NCBI GenBank assembly: GCA_963663225.1
Contig: OY760142.1
Coordinates: 160,001-224,000 of the forward strand
Direction: 5' to 3'
From: Nitrospirota bacterium
Lineage (GTDB): Bacteria > Nitrospirota > UBA9217
Length of the DNA: 64,000 nt
Shown: piece by piece, positions 10,286-20,806 of the stretch
How the letters are laid out: each line of letters begins with the position of its first letter
How positions within the stretch are numbered: position 1 is the stretch's first letter
The notes under the pieces: generated by a model
Told to the model about the DNA's origin: nothing
The model's database searches: none
The model's input: the letters and a program-made list of their open reading frames with translations, nothing else
Made by a program: the position numbers and the translations under genes

Positions 10286-11317
10286 TTATGAAGCGGCATG
10301 GATAAAATGATTATACCCTGTGGGCTTGAGCTGTTTTTTTCTGCTGTCGGCATCGATAAGAGTCATTCCCTTGCTGCGGGTGATTTCTCCGATTTCAACG
10401 GCCGGAATTTTGAGGGCACGCAGCCTCGGTATTTTTGCAGGCGGGACAGTGAACAGGAGTTCATAGTCCTCTCCTCCGGACAGGGCATAATGAAGAAGCG
10501 GTTTGTTTAACGCCGCTGCCGCGTTCCGGAGTCCGTCAGACAAAGGGATTTTGTCTGCGTAGAGGGCCGCTCCCACCCTGCTCTGCTCACAGATATGCCC
10601 CAGATCTGACGAAATGCCGTCGCTTACGTCGATCATGGCGCTCGCGCAACCGGCGCTGGCGATTTTCCTGCCCCATTCCGCGCGTGGAACAGGACGGAGA
10701 TGACGCTCGATCAGGCGCGAACGAGCAGGTCCTGGAACATGCAGTCTCCGTTTTTCATTCCGATTCCCGTGCTTAGCATCCAGCAGAATTTCCAGTCCTG
10801 CGGCCGAATCTCCCAGTGTTCCGGTGACAAAAATTTTATCTCCGGCATTTGCCCCCGCCCTGGTCAGAGCACGTTTTTTTTCCACCTCGCCGAGAAGCGT
10901 TACGCTGATGATCAGGTCGTCCCGGGAAGAACAGGTGTCCCCGCCGACAAGAGCCGTTTTATATGCAGCAAGAACAGCATTGAACCCCCGGTAGAACTCA
11001 GAGATATGCTCCACAGAGATGCCGGAAGTGATGCCGAGGGAGGTAAGACAAAAACGGGAAACACCACCCATGGCGGCGATGTCGCTCACATTCACCGCGG
11101 CTGACTTCCACCCGAGAGAGTAAAAATCGGTGCATAACAGATCGAAATGCACCCGTTCGATCAGCATATCGGTTGTGGTGAGCAGGAGCATGCCGGGCGA
11201 AACAGCAAGGGCGGCTGCATCGTCGCCGATGCCCAAATGAACGGCGGGCGACGTGCGGGAAGATTGTTTTTGAATTTTTTTGATCAGACCAAATTCGCCC
11301 AGCGTTGACAATTTCAT
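10286..11317 (-). CDS. thiL: Thiamine-monophosphate kinase
   Basis: GEFGLI, GIGDDAA, NVSDIAAMGG, DVSDG and GGEDYELLF motifs. Confidence 0.95.
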   Translation of the reverse strand: MKLSTLGEFGLIKKIQKQSSRTSPAVHLGIGDDAAALAVSPGMLLLTTTDMLIERVHFDLLCTDFYSLGWKSAAVNVSDIAAMGGVSRFCLTSLGITSGISVEHISEFYRGFNAVLAAYKTALVGGDTCSSRDDLIISVTLLGEVEKKRALTRAGANAGDKIFVTGTLGDSAAGLEILLDAKHGNRNEKRRLHVPGPARSRLIERHLRPVPRAEWGRKIASAGCASAMIDVSDGISSDLGHICEQSRVGAALYADKIPLSDGLRNAAAALNKPLLHYALSGGEDYELLFTVPPAKIPRLRALKIPAVEIGEITRSKGMTLIDADSRKKQLKPTGYNHFIHAAS

Positions 11318-11352
11318 GCTTCTGAATTCCTTTGCTTTCGGGTGCCTTTCTC

Positions 11353-13764
11353 TCAATGTGTTGCCATGGACCTGCCGGGCGTTTTCTTTCGCGCGACACG
11401 CCGGACTTTTTTTCCGGTGAGCGCTGTGGATATCACATCATCCATGGTAGAGGCAAAAATGAACTTCATGTCCTTTCGGAGATATTTCGGAATATCGTCG
11501 AGGTCTTTTTCATTTTCCTTCGGAATAATCATGGTCTTGATTCCTGCCCTGCGCGCGGCCAACGTCTTTTCCTTCAGACCGCCGATGGGGAGCACCCTGC
11601 CTCTGAGAGTCACTTCGCCAGTCATGGCCAGGTCTTTTTTTACGGACGCGTTGGTGAACACCGATGCAAGGGCAGTTGCCATCGTAACGCCGGCAGAAGG
11701 ACCGTCTTTCGGAATGGCGCCGGCGGGAACATGGATATGAACGTCCGTTTTCCCGAAGACTTCAGGCTGGATGCCGAGCACGCCCGCGCGCGACCGCACA
11801 TACGTGAGCGCTGCATGGGCGGATTCTTTCATGACGTCCCCCAGGTGTCCGGTCAACGTAAGATTCCCCTTCCCCCGCATCGTTGTCGCTTCGATGTACA
11901 GAATATCGCCGCCTGTTTCGGTCCAGGCAAGTCCGGTTACGACTCCGACCTCGTCCTTTTCCCGTTCGACTTCAGGCAGAAATTTAGGGACCCCCAGATA
12001 GGTGTGAAGGTTCTGCGTGGTTATCGTGAAGAGGCCCGTTTCGCCTTCCGCCACCTTGCGCGCCACCTTGCGGCAAAGATGACCAATCTCCCGTTCAAGG
12101 TTTCTGACGCCCGCTTCGCGGGTATACTGCGCGATGACTTGCAATACAGTTTTGTCGGGAATGCTGATGTCCTTTTCCGAAATTCCGTGCTCAGTCATCT
12201 GGCGGGGGATCAGATAGCTCTTTGCAATCCCCAGCTTTTCCTGCTCCGTGTATCCTGAGAGATGGATGATCTCCATCCTGTCCTTGAGAGGTCCCGGAAT
12301 GGGATCGGTCATGTTCGCCGTAGTAATGAACATCACGTGCGACAGGTCAAAGGGCAGGCCGATATAATGGTCGCTGAATGAATTGTTCTGCTCCGGGTCG
12401 AGCACTTCAAGCAGAGCCGCGGACGGATCGCCCCGGAAATCGGCGCCGATCTTGTCAATTTCGTCCAGCATGAACACCGGATTGTTGTAGCCGGCGGTCT
12501 TGATCCCCTGGATGATCCTGCCGGGGAGGGCTCCGACATAGGTCCGGCGGTGTCCGCGGATTTCGGCCTCGTCCCGCACGCCACCAAGGGATATTCGGAC
12601 AAACTCGCGTCCCAGCGCGCGCGCGATGGACTTGCCGAGGGACGTTTTACCCACGCCGGGAGGACCTACAAAGCACAGTATCGGCCCTTTCATTTTCTCT
12701 TTCAGCTTGCGGACGGACAGATACTCGAGAATTCGTTCCTTCACTTTTTCCAGGTCATAATGGTCTTCTTCCAGGACCTTGTGCGCTGCTTTCAGATCGA
12801 GATTGTCTTTTGTGGATTTGCTCCAGGGAATCTCCACCAGCCATTCGATATAGGTACGGGTCATGGACGCCTCCGCCGCGTCCGGATGCATCCGCTCAAG
12901 ACGGCGCAGCTGTTTTTCAGCCTCCTTGGCCGCTTTCTCAGGCATGTTGGCTTCCTTGATTTTATCGCGAAGTTCCCGGATGTCCTCGGACCGGTCGTCC
13001 GTCTCCCCCAGTTCTCGCTGGATCGCCTTCAACTGTTCCCGAAGGAAATACTCGCGCTGCGTCTTGTCGATTTCACCGCGAACATCCGCCTGGATTTTCT
13101 GCTGCATGGAAAGAAGTTCTATTTCTTTGCCGAGCGCCTCGTTGATGCGCTTGATCCGCTGCACCGGGTCCGTAATTTCAAGGATCTCCTGGGCCTGCTC
13201 CACTTTCATGCCCATGTTGGCGACCGCGAGATCAGCGAGCTTTCCGGGGTCGTCCACGTTCTCGATGACAACCATGATGTCCGGAAGGATCACCTTGCCG
13301 AACGATACCAGCTTTTCGATTTGTTCCTTTACGTTTCTCATCAGCGCCTCGGTCTCGAGGTCTACCGACGCCGGAACATCAGGAAAGGTCTTTATCTCCA
13401 CTTGGTAAAACGGCTCTTTCTGCAGAAACTTTACGGTTTTTGCTCGGGAGACTCCCTGAACCAGGATTTTGATGCGCCCGTCTGGAAGCTTCAGCATCCG
13501 CATGATCAAGCCGACAGTACCGACGGAATAGAGATCAGACGGAGAAGGATTTTCGATATTGATGTCCTTCTGCGAAGTAAGAAAGATCATCCGGTTCCCT
13601 TCCAGGGCCACCTCAATAGCTTTGATGGACATCTCTCTGCCCACAAAAAGCGGAAGAACCATGTGTGGAAATACGACAATATCTCGAATCGGCAGCAGCG
13701 GTATTTTCTTGGGTATCTCGATGGCCTGCTGGAAATCCGTGTCTTTTGCTTCGCTTTTCGCCAA
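11353..13764 (-). CDS. lon: ATP-dependent Lon protease
   Basis: LON N-domain ([12 protein letters not shown]); Walker [10 protein letters not shown]; catalytic PKDGPSAG and [10 protein letters not shown] start at 13764 follows AAGGAGG. Confidence 0.97.
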   Translation of the reverse strand: MAKSEAKDTDFQQAIEIPKKIPLLPIRDIVVFPHMVLPLFVGREMSIKAIEVALEGNRMIFLTSQKDINIENPSPSDLYSVGTVGLIMRMLKLPDGRIKILVQGVSRAKTVKFLQKEPFYQVEIKTFPDVPASVDLETEALMRNVKEQIEKLVSFGKVILPDIMVVIENVDDPGKLADLAVANMGMKVEQAQEILEITDPVQRIKRINEALGKEIELLSMQQKIQADVRGEIDKTQREYFLREQLKAIQRELGETDDRSEDIRELRDKIKEANMPEKAAKEAEKQLRRLERMHPDAAEASMTRTYIEWLVEIPWSKSTKDNLDLKAAHKVLEEDHYDLEKVKERILEYLSVRKLKEKMKGPILCFVGPPGVGKTSLGKSIARALGREFVRISLGGVRDEAEIRGHRRTYVGALPGRIIQGIKTAGYNNPVFMLDEIDKIGADFRGDPSAALLEVLDPEQNNSFSDHYIGLPFDLSHVMFITTANMTDPIPGPLKDRMEIIHLSGYTEQEKLGIAKSYLIPRQMTEHGISEKDISIPDKTVLQVIAQYTREAGVRNLEREIGHLCRKVARKVAEGETGLFTITTQNLHTYLGVPKFLPEVEREKDEVGVVTGLAWTETGGDILYIEATTMRGKGNLTLTGHLGDVMKESAHAALTYVRSRAGVLGIQPEVFGKTDVHIHVPAGAIPKDGPSAGVTMATALASVFTNASVKKDLAMTGEVTLRGRVLPIGGLKEKTLAARRAGIKTMIIPKENEKDLDDIPKYLRKDMKFIFASTMDDVISTALTGKKVRRVARKKTPGRSMATH

Positions 13765-13823
13765 CCTGTCCTCCTTGGTCGTCAGAACCAATAACCGACC
13801 GTTCTCCCCGGCATCGCGGGGAT

Positions 13824-14693
13824 TTATAGTTTTAGTTTCTGCAAATACCGCCGGAATTCTTCGCCGAATTCCTTGTTTTTCAGGCCGAATTCAACCGTCG
13901 CCTTCAGAAAACCCAGTTTATCACCAGCGTCGTGACGCACTCCCCGAAACTCATAGGCATAAATCGGTTGTTCCCGCATGAGGATTTTAAGTCCGTCAGT
14001 CAGTTGGATTTCCCCGCCCTTGCCTGGTTTCGTATGCTCCAAGGCGGAAAAAATTTCCGGCATGAGAATATAGCGGCCGATAATCGCGAGATCGGAAGGC
14101 GCTTCGTCCGGTGAAGGCTTTTCAACCATATCTTTGACCAGGTAAACACCATCCTCGATTTTTTTGGCGTCAATGATCCCGTAGTGCTGCGTCTGCGACT
14201 TCGGCACTTTCTGAATTGCCAGAATGGTCGCAGGATATTTTTTATACACCTGTATCATCTGTTTTAAAACCGGCACGTCGGCATCGATTATGTCATCGCC
14301 CAGCAGAACGGCAAACGGGTCATTGCTTACGATGCGTTTTGTCGTCAGCACGGCGTGTCCGAGCCCCAGGGCCTTTTTCTGTCTGATATAGCAGAATGTC
14401 ACCAAATCTGCAATGCGCTGGACTTCCGACAACAGCTTGTGTTTGCCCTTCGCTTTCAGATCTTCTTCAAGCTCGAATGCCACATCGAAATGGTCCTCAA
14501 TGGACCGTTTTCCTCTGCCGGTGACCAGCACCACCTCTTCTATGCCTGATGACACCGCCTCCTCAACCACATACTGTATAAGCGGCTTGTCAACGAGTGG
14601 GAGCATTTCTTTGGGTGAGACCTTGGTCGCCGGCAAAAAGCGCGTTCCCAGACCGGCAGCCGGAAAAACTGCTTTTGTAATTGGCCTATGCAC
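13824..14693 (-). CDS. galU: UTP-glucose-1-phosphate uridylyltransferase
   Basis: [30 protein letters not shown] and GEIQLTD motifs. Confidence 0.95.
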   Translation of the reverse strand: MHRPITKAVFPAAGLGTRFLPATKVSPKEMLPLVDKPLIQYVVEEAVSSGIEEVVLVTGRGKRSIEDHFDVAFELEEDLKAKGKHKLLSEVQRIADLVTFCYIRQKKALGLGHAVLTTKRIVSNDPFAVLLGDDIIDADVPVLKQMIQVYKKYPATILAIQKVPKSQTQHYGIIDAKKIEDGVYLVKDMVEKPSPDEAPSDLAIIGRYILMPEIFSALEHTKPGKGGEIQLTDGLKILMREQPIYAYEFRGVRHDAGDKLGFLKATVEFGLKNKEFGEEFRRYLQKLKL

Positions 14694-14775
14694 AGACAAC
14701 TCCTTGCTTCATATTAGGAAACACCTCCGCAAAAGTCAAGAACCGGCGGATGACCTGAGGCATGCAGGCATTCTG

Positions 14776-16179
14776 CTATCTGACCGGCACGCTCCCGAGC
14801 AGATATTTCAAATCATCATCGTCGAACCGAAGTCCGATGCCGATAAACGGCGCTTTCCTCTTGCTGTTCAGGAAATTATCATATCCGGCATTCACAAAAA
14901 GGTTTTTGAAAGGCTGATAAGTCGCCGTTGCCTTCAGATGTGCGTTTTTATTTCCCTCTTCCTTGCTGCTGAAGTTCCAGGCATCAAAACTGAATTTCAG
15001 ACGGTCATCAAAGGCAAAATAATCAACACCAGCGCCGCCTGATGACTCTATGAGTCCGAGTCGGGCGGCAAGGTTTCCCCATCGCTTTGCGAAAAGCAGG
15101 GTGAATTCGTAGCTGTCGGAATAGCTTTCGGACACAACCTCGCCCCCGGGCGTCAACTGCACGGTACGGTGGTATTTTCCGAAGGGATCGTTGGTGACTT
15201 CCAGAATATAATATTGATCAGGCCGCGGTTTGATTTCGAGCGTGGCGTAGCTTTTGGCTTCCGGGAACAGGTATTCCGACCTGAACGCCAGTGTCGTCTT
15301 GAGCCGTTCAGCGCGGGAAACATAGTCGCTCAACCCTTTGGCGGCAGTGTCGATGTTTTTATACATGCTGTCGTCGTTCACAAGCTTGCCGATGGTTCCT
15401 TCTCCGCGTTCGATTTTCTGGGTCACGTTCTCTATGGAGGTAAGCGCCTGCTCCGCTTTCTTCGAGGCGACGCGGACATTTTCCATCGTCACCTTGAGAT
15501 TATCGCGGTTTTCCGTCACAACACTATTGAGGCTTGCGACCAGTTCGTTCAGCCTCACGACCAGCTCCCCTCCGTCACTCCGGAGGGTGCGGGAGAAATC
15601 CTTGACGTTTGCCATGGTCTGGCGGAGGTCGCCGAGGATGTCCTCCATGGAGCGCGTTCCCTGCTCGGTCCCGAAAACCTTCCGGAGGGAAGCCGTCACC
15701 TGCTTGATATCGTCGGCTATGGCTGAAAGCTGATTGACAAGCTTGTCCACATCGCTCGGTGATATTGTCGCCTGCACACGGTCTCCTGCCTGATAATAGG
15801 GGGAGCGCTCTGCGGAAGCAGGCTGTTGAGCAACGCTTTTCTGGGGGACGAACTCTACATACTTCTCTCCCAGGAGGCCCATTGTTTTGATCATCGCTTC
15901 GGATCCACGCTGTATCTGCACATCAGGGTCGATCCGCATGATTACTTTTGCCCTGCTGTTTTCAAGCTCAATTTTTTCCACGACACCGATTTTAACACCC
16001 GCCATCCGCACCGCAGACTTTGCATCAAGACCGGCAACGGAATCAAAGGTCGCCTGCAAAAGATAGCCTTTTTTTGCTCCAAACTGGTATTTGCCAACAG
16101 CAAAGGTCATGACCAGAAGGATGACGGAACCGACAATGACCAGCAATCCCACTTTTGCTTCCGGACTTAGTTTCTGCAT
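14776..16179 (-). CDS. mlaD: MCE/MlaD family lipid-transport protein with long helical extension and C-terminal beta-rich domain
   Basis: N-terminal TM; MCE motifs AGL...VRMAGVKIGVV and GLLGEKYV; GEGTIGKLVND; adjacent to mlaF and mlaE. Confidence 0.85.
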   Translation of the reverse strand: MQKLSPEAKVGLLVIVGSVILLVMTFAVGKYQFGAKKGYLLQATFDSVAGLDAKSAVRMAGVKIGVVEKIELENSRAKVIMRIDPDVQIQRGSEAMIKTMGLLGEKYVEFVPQKSVAQQPASAERSPYYQAGDRVQATISPSDVDKLVNQLSAIADDIKQVTASLRKVFGTEQGTRSMEDILGDLRQTMANVKDFSRTLRSDGGELVVRLNELVASLNSVVTENRDNLKVTMENVRVASKKAEQALTSIENVTQKIERGEGTIGKLVNDDSMYKNIDTAAKGLSDYVSRAERLKTTLAFRSEYLFPEAKSYATLEIKPRPDQYYILEVTNDPFGKYHRTVQLTPGGEVVSESYSDSYEFTLLFAKRWGNLAARLGLIESSGGAGVDYFAFDDRLKFSFDAWNFSSKEEGNKNAHLKATATYQPFKNLFVNAGYDNFLNSKRKAPFIGIGLRFDDDDLKYLLGSVPVR

Positions 16180-16283
16180 GCAGGCTCCTGTTTTCTGATG
16201 GAATCCGGACGTGGAAACAAGCTGCCCGATTCAACAACATTCCAAAGCAGCCGCCTAATCCGCATTTCCGTGACGAAATGAAT

Positions 16284-17036
16284 TTATTCCGCCGTTATCG
16301 GTCCCACCGCGCTGCCGCTGATAAACTGGCGCACAATGGGATTGGTCGTATTCCTGATCTCCGCAGGGGTCCCGATTTCCTGAATCTCGCCCTTATACAA
16401 CATGGCGATTCGGTCGGATATCTTATACGCGCTCTGCATATCATGGGTAATGGCAACCGAAGTTACGCCGAGCTTTTTCCTGAGATCGATGATCAAATCG
16501 TTGATCGAATCCGCACTGATAGGATCAAGTCCCGTCGTAGGCTCGTCGTACAAAATAATCTCAGCATTCATGGCGATTGCTCGGGCAAGCCCCACCCTTT
16601 TTTTCATGCCGCCGGACAAGTCCGACGGCATTTTGTCTTCAATGTCCTTCAGCCCCACAAGTGCAAGCTTCTCCGTTGCTATTTTCCGTATCTCCGCATC
16701 GGACAGTTTGGTGTGCTGTTTTATGGAAAAACCGACGTTTTCCCATACAGTCAGGGAGTCAAACAGCGCCGCGCCCTGAAACAGCATGCCGAATTTTTTC
16801 CGCAGTTCATTCAGACCGTATTCATCAAGTTTGTTCAATTCCTGACCGGCAACAAGCACCCGCCCCCTGTCGGGAAACAACAGGCCGATGATATGCTTCA
16901 GCAACACACTCTTGCCGCTGCCGCTGCCGCCGATGACCGTCATGCTCTCGCCCTTCTCCACCGAAAGGCTCAGCCCCCGGAGCACCTGGAGATCGCCGAA
17001 GCGTTTATGCACGTCAATAATCTCAATCATCGGCAT
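16284..17036 (-). CDS. mlaF: MlaF-type ABC transporter ATPase
   Basis: Walker A GGSGSGKS; signature LSGGMKKRVGLARA; YDEPTTGLDP. Confidence 0.92.
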   Translation of the reverse strand: MPMIEIIDVHKRFGDLQVLRGLSLSVEKGESMTVIGGSGSGKSVLLKHIIGLLFPDRGRVLVAGQELNKLDEYGLNELRKKFGMLFQGAALFDSLTVWENVGFSIKQHTKLSDAEIRKIATEKLALVGLKDIEDKMPSDLSGGMKKRVGLARAIAMNAEIILYDEPTTGLDPISADSINDLIIDLRKKLGVTSVAITHDMQSAYKISDRIAMLYKGEIQEIGTPAEIRNTTNPIVRQFISGSAVGPITAE

Positions 17037-17040
17037 GGCA

Positions 17041-17880
17041 TCACCACAAGAGGGCGGACAGGAAGTAGTCCAGGATCAGGATAAGCATGCAGGAGACGAC
17101 CACGGCTCCCGTCGTTGCCTTGCCCACCCCTTCCGCTCCCCCCTGGGTCGTAAATCCTTTATAACAGCCGATGATCCCGACCACAGCGCCGAATACCAGC
17201 GACTTGACCAGACCGTACCAGATGTCGGAAACCATCGTATAGTCGATGCTGTTGTTGATATACGTGACCGGGTTTGTACCGAGCACCTTTACACCCACGA
17301 AATACCCTCCGGTAATGCCGATAACCATGCCGAGAACAGCCAGGAAGAACATCATGATCGTGCTCGCTATAAAGCGTGGCACTACCAGATATTTCATGGG
17401 GTTCGTGGCAAGCGTGGAAAGCGCATCGATCTGCTCCGTCACCCGCATGGTGCCCAGTTCCGCAGCCATGGCCGCGCCCGCCCTGCCTGCCACCATAAGA
17501 CCGGTGAGCACGGGGCCGAGTTCCCGGGTCATGGACAATGAAACAACCGTGCCGATCAGTGTTTCCGCGCCGAATCGTTTAAAGCCAGTATAGCTCTGCA
17601 AGGCAAGCACCATGCCCGTCGACAGCGCCGTGGTCAGAACCACGGGAATGGAATTGACGCCGATCTGCTCCATCTGCTTCAGGACGTTTTTGAAATAGAA
17701 CGGCCTGCTGAAGGTCCAGCGGAGCGTGTGCCAGAAGAAAATAAGAACTTTGCCGACATCCGCGACAAAGTGAGATGTCTTGCGGCCCACTGTCTCAAAC
17801 AGGTTAAGAATATATCCGGGGGACCCGGTCGCTGATGCCACACAGCACCTCATACGCAATAGTTCCGGTTTTGGCAGCAA
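17041..17880 (-). CDS. mlaE: MlaE-type ABC permease (true start uncertain, probably near the alr stop at about 17810)
   Basis: RELGPVLTGLMVAGRAGAAMAAELGTMRVTEQIDAL and GAEGVGKATT motifs. Confidence 0.92.
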   Translation of the reverse strand: MLPKPELLRMRCCVASATGSPGYILNLFETVGRKTSHFVADVGKVLIFFWHTLRWTFSRPFYFKNVLKQMEQIGVNSIPVVLTTALSTGMVLALQSYTGFKRFGAETLIGTVVSLSMTRELGPVLTGLMVAGRAGAAMAAELGTMRVTEQIDALSTLATNPMKYLVVPRFIASTIMMFFLAVLGMVIGITGGYFVGVKVLGTNPVTYINNSIDYTMVSDIWYGLVKSLVFGAVVGIIGCYKGFTTQGGAEGVGKATTGAVVVSCMLILILDYFLSALLW

Positions 17881-18976
17881 TATCGTCCGCCGTTATTCGT
17901 TCGTTGCCCTGACTTCCGATGAGCACCACATCGTCGCCTTCACGAACGCCGGGAACCTCGGTCACATCCAGCATGCACATGTCCATGCACACACGGCCCA
18001 CAAGGGGGACGCGGGTGCCCCGGACGATGGCCTCCCCTTTATTCGACAGAGCGCGGCTGTATCCGTCCGCATAGCCGATCGGTATCGTCGCAATGACGCT
18101 TTGCCTGCGCGTCACAAACGTTCTGCCGTAACTGATCGAAGTACCGGATGGAACGGTCTTAAGAAAGGCAATACGCGTCATCAGCGACAGAACAGGACGC
18201 AAATCCATGCCTGCCGCGTGCTTTTCCAGCGGATTATATCCGTACAGTATCAGACCCGGCCGTGCCATCGTCAAAAGCGACTGCCCGTAATCAAGCACTG
18301 CCGCGCTGTTTGCCGCGTGGCGGAGGGGGACATGCACTCCTTCCGCCAGGAGAGTTTTGATCAGCGTTTCAAAGCGAACCAGCTGCAGATCAGCATACCG
18401 TTTGTCGCACAGATCGGCGTCGGCAAAATGAGTCATCAGCCCTTCGACCTTCAGATTGCCGAGTGCTTTCAACTCCGCAATCAAGGCCGGTGCGTCCTCG
18501 GGCGGGATGCCTATTCTTCCCATGCCGGTGTCTATTTTTACATGAACCGGAACTGTCTTGCCATGCTTTTTTGCCGCGGTAGAAATCGCACGCGCAACCG
18601 AGCCCGTAAAAACAACCGGAGTAAGATCCGCCGCGACAACAGCGTCTGCCTGCTCCGGAAAAAGCACTCCCATCACCAAAATCGGGGCGGTAATTCCCCC
18701 TTCCCGCAAATCGTAGCCCTCTTCGACCAGCGCTACGCCGAGCATATCCGCACCAAGACTCAGAAGCCGCCGGGAAACCTCCACAGCTCCATGACCGTAG
18801 GCTTCTGCCTTGACCACTGCAAGTATTTTACTGCCGCCGGCACGGCGCACGATCTCCTGATAATTATGAGCGAGGGAGTTCAGATCAACGACCACCCGTG
18901 TCGGCCTGTGAAAAGCAGCCCGGAGCGGCGGCGATGAGGGGCAGTCTGTATGGACGTCAGTGTATGGTGCTCTCAT
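17804..18976 (-). CDS. alr: Alanine racemase
   Basis: PLP-Lys motif AVVKAEAYGHG; KIDTGMGRIG; HAANSA; GRVCMD. Confidence 0.96.
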   Translation of the reverse strand: MRAPYTDVHTDCPSSPPLRAAFHRPTRVVVDLNSLAHNYQEIVRRAGGSKILAVVKAEAYGHGAVEVSRRLLSLGADMLGVALVEEGYDLREGGITAPILVMGVLFPEQADAVVAADLTPVVFTGSVARAISTAAKKHGKTVPVHVKIDTGMGRIGIPPEDAPALIAELKALGNLKVEGLMTHFADADLCDKRYADLQLVRFETLIKTLLAEGVHVPLRHAANSAAVLDYGQSLLTMARPGLILYGYNPLEKHAAGMDLRPVLSLMTRIAFLKTVPSGTSISYGRTFVTRRQSVIATIPIGYADGYSRALSNKGEAIVRGTRVPLVGRVCMDMCMLDVTEVPGVREGDDVVLIGSQGNERITADDIAAKTGTIAYEVLCGISDRVPRIYS

Positions 18977-19151
18977 TGATTTTTTCGAACGAGTTCGATG
19001 TCGGCAGTATTTCTATTTTGTCAAACGACTGTGCACAGTCAAGGCATTCCCAGTGATGTATCGTCCAGTATTCGAAATCCATCTCAAGACTGTAGTCATC
19101 TTCCTGAAAAAGGTTCGTACCGCCGCAAAATGGGCACATGTTTGGTTCCAT
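18957..19151 (-). CDS. Small acidic zinc-ribbon protein (64 aa)
   Basis: CPFCGG...WECLDC; GGAGG RBS before ATG 19151; overlaps the alr start. Confidence 0.65.
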   Translation of the reverse strand: MEPNMCPFCGGTNLFQEDDYSLEMDFEYWTIHHWECLDCAQSFDKIEILPTSNSFEKINESTIH

Positions 19152-19698
19152 TGCGACTCCTCCGAGATTCATTTCCGCTGCAATGCACTTCTTTTGACGC
19201 GAAAAAAAACCACTGCATCAGGCTATGTGCGCATCACAAAATAACCGGTCGTATGATCGAAAAACAACCGACGCACGGCATTACCTGTAAAAAAAGCTAT
19301 ATTTTCATATGGTTTAATTGTACTCTATCATAGAGATGGTTTTTTTGCAAAAGATTTTTTGTTTTTATGACACAGTTGCATCCTCCTTTTCATATCTGGG
19401 CAAAAAGGATCCAGACATTGAAACGATTCGATAAGGCAACCGGTACTATATAAGAAACTTCTTCGATTCCGTATGGCCCTCTGACAGCGGCAGACTTCTT
19501 GACTACAGCACGAAACAATGCTAGCATAAACAAACGGAATAAGAGACATCTTTCCTCCAATAGCGATGATTCAAATGCCTAAGGTATTACAGCTTTCATT
19601 TTATGGCTGATGAAAGCTGCCTTTTGGTTTTTTCAGCAACAAAAAAATTTAGCACTGCTCAATGCCGGCATCACCTAACAAGACGGAGTGTACATCCC

Positions 19699-20460
19699 GT
19701 GGTCGAACCGATGACTCAGGATTCAGACAGCAAGACGCCTGACCAGAAAACAAAGTTTGCGCTTCTCGTCGATGGCTACGCAAAAGACCTCTTTACGACA
19801 GGCTTGATACTACAGCGTCTTGGTTATGATATCTATATTGCCAATACGGCTGAAGATGCGCTGAAAATCATTGACGTTGCCATGCCTGCGCTCATCATAA
19901 GCGAACTGGTCTTGCCAAACATGTCCGGCCTTGAACTGCTTGTGCGAATAAAACACAGCACTGAAAGCAAATCCATTCCTTTCATAATTCATACTGCTCT
20001 GGATGACCCAAAACGGGAGGAACTGTGCAGGGCATCGGGATGTTCGGCCATCTTGAAAAAGCCGGCAAACCCAAGCGCACTCTATAGTGCGATCCAGCAG
20101 GCAACAGAGCAGACGCCGCGAAGACATATACGGCTGCGGACGCTGCTCCCGGTCAGGATTGGCGGGACACCTGTAAACGAGACCGTTGGAACAGAATTCG
20201 TATCAGCACTCTCTGAAGATGGAATTTTTGTACGCACACTGAGTCCCCGCCCCGTCGGATCAATACTGCCGGTCACCATAATGATTCATTCTATCCCCGT
20301 CAAGCTGAAAGCAACCGTCCTGCGCAGCATCACCATAAATCCCGGAGTATTCAAAGAACCGGGAATGGCCATGAAATTCGCCGATATATCGGCCACCGAC
20401 AGAGAACTGCTCAGAAATTTTATCTTAGGACAGATCATGAAGGATGTCCCCTCACAATAA
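19699..20460 (+). CDS. Pseudo-receiver + PilZ domain protein
   Basis: REC fold with Glu at the phosphoacceptor position (LIISELVLP) and KP; PilZ motif RRHIR...LSEDG; GMAMKF strand. Start uncertain (19699 or 19711). Confidence 0.8.
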   Translation: MVEPMTQDSDSKTPDQKTKFALLVDGYAKDLFTTGLILQRLGYDIYIANTAEDALKIIDVAMPALIISELVLPNMSGLELLVRIKHSTESKSIPFIIHTALDDPKREELCRASGCSAILKKPANPSALYSAIQQATEQTPRRHIRLRTLLPVRIGGTPVNETVGTEFVSALSEDGIFVRTLSPRPVGSILPVTIMIHSIPVKLKATVLRSITINPGVFKEPGMAMKFADISATDRELLRNFILGQIMKDVPSQ

Positions 20461-20662
20461 AACATCCATACCCGATCACCGTTTTCCTGCTCCTCCTACA
20501 TTCCTTGACAAGCAATTACAATATAAATGCCGCAGAGAACCGAAAACTAAATTCTGTGGGAAGAATGCGTTTAACTATCCGATATATTAAGGCTTTTTCT
20601 TTAGTTTTTAAATAATTTCCACAACACACCGTTTTTTTTTCGCAAACCACCGTTTATCGGTA

Positions 20663-20691
20663 TGGACAACAGTATACCGTTGCAGTATAAT
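20663..20691 (+). promoter_or_regulatory. Sigma-70-type promoter for the kinase/NtrC/GAF operon
   Basis: TGGACA-N17-TATAAT; the near-palindrome CAACAGTATACCGTTG (20667-20682) overlaps the -35 element and spacer. Confidence 0.6.
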
Positions 20692-20806
20692 TAACTCTCC
20701 TGTATAATAAAAGTGTTTGTACCTGTTTTCAACGCGTTAAGAGGATATTTACTGCACGAGAACGTGATTTTCGGACTGCCGGCACAATGAATATGAATAA
20801 ACAGGT

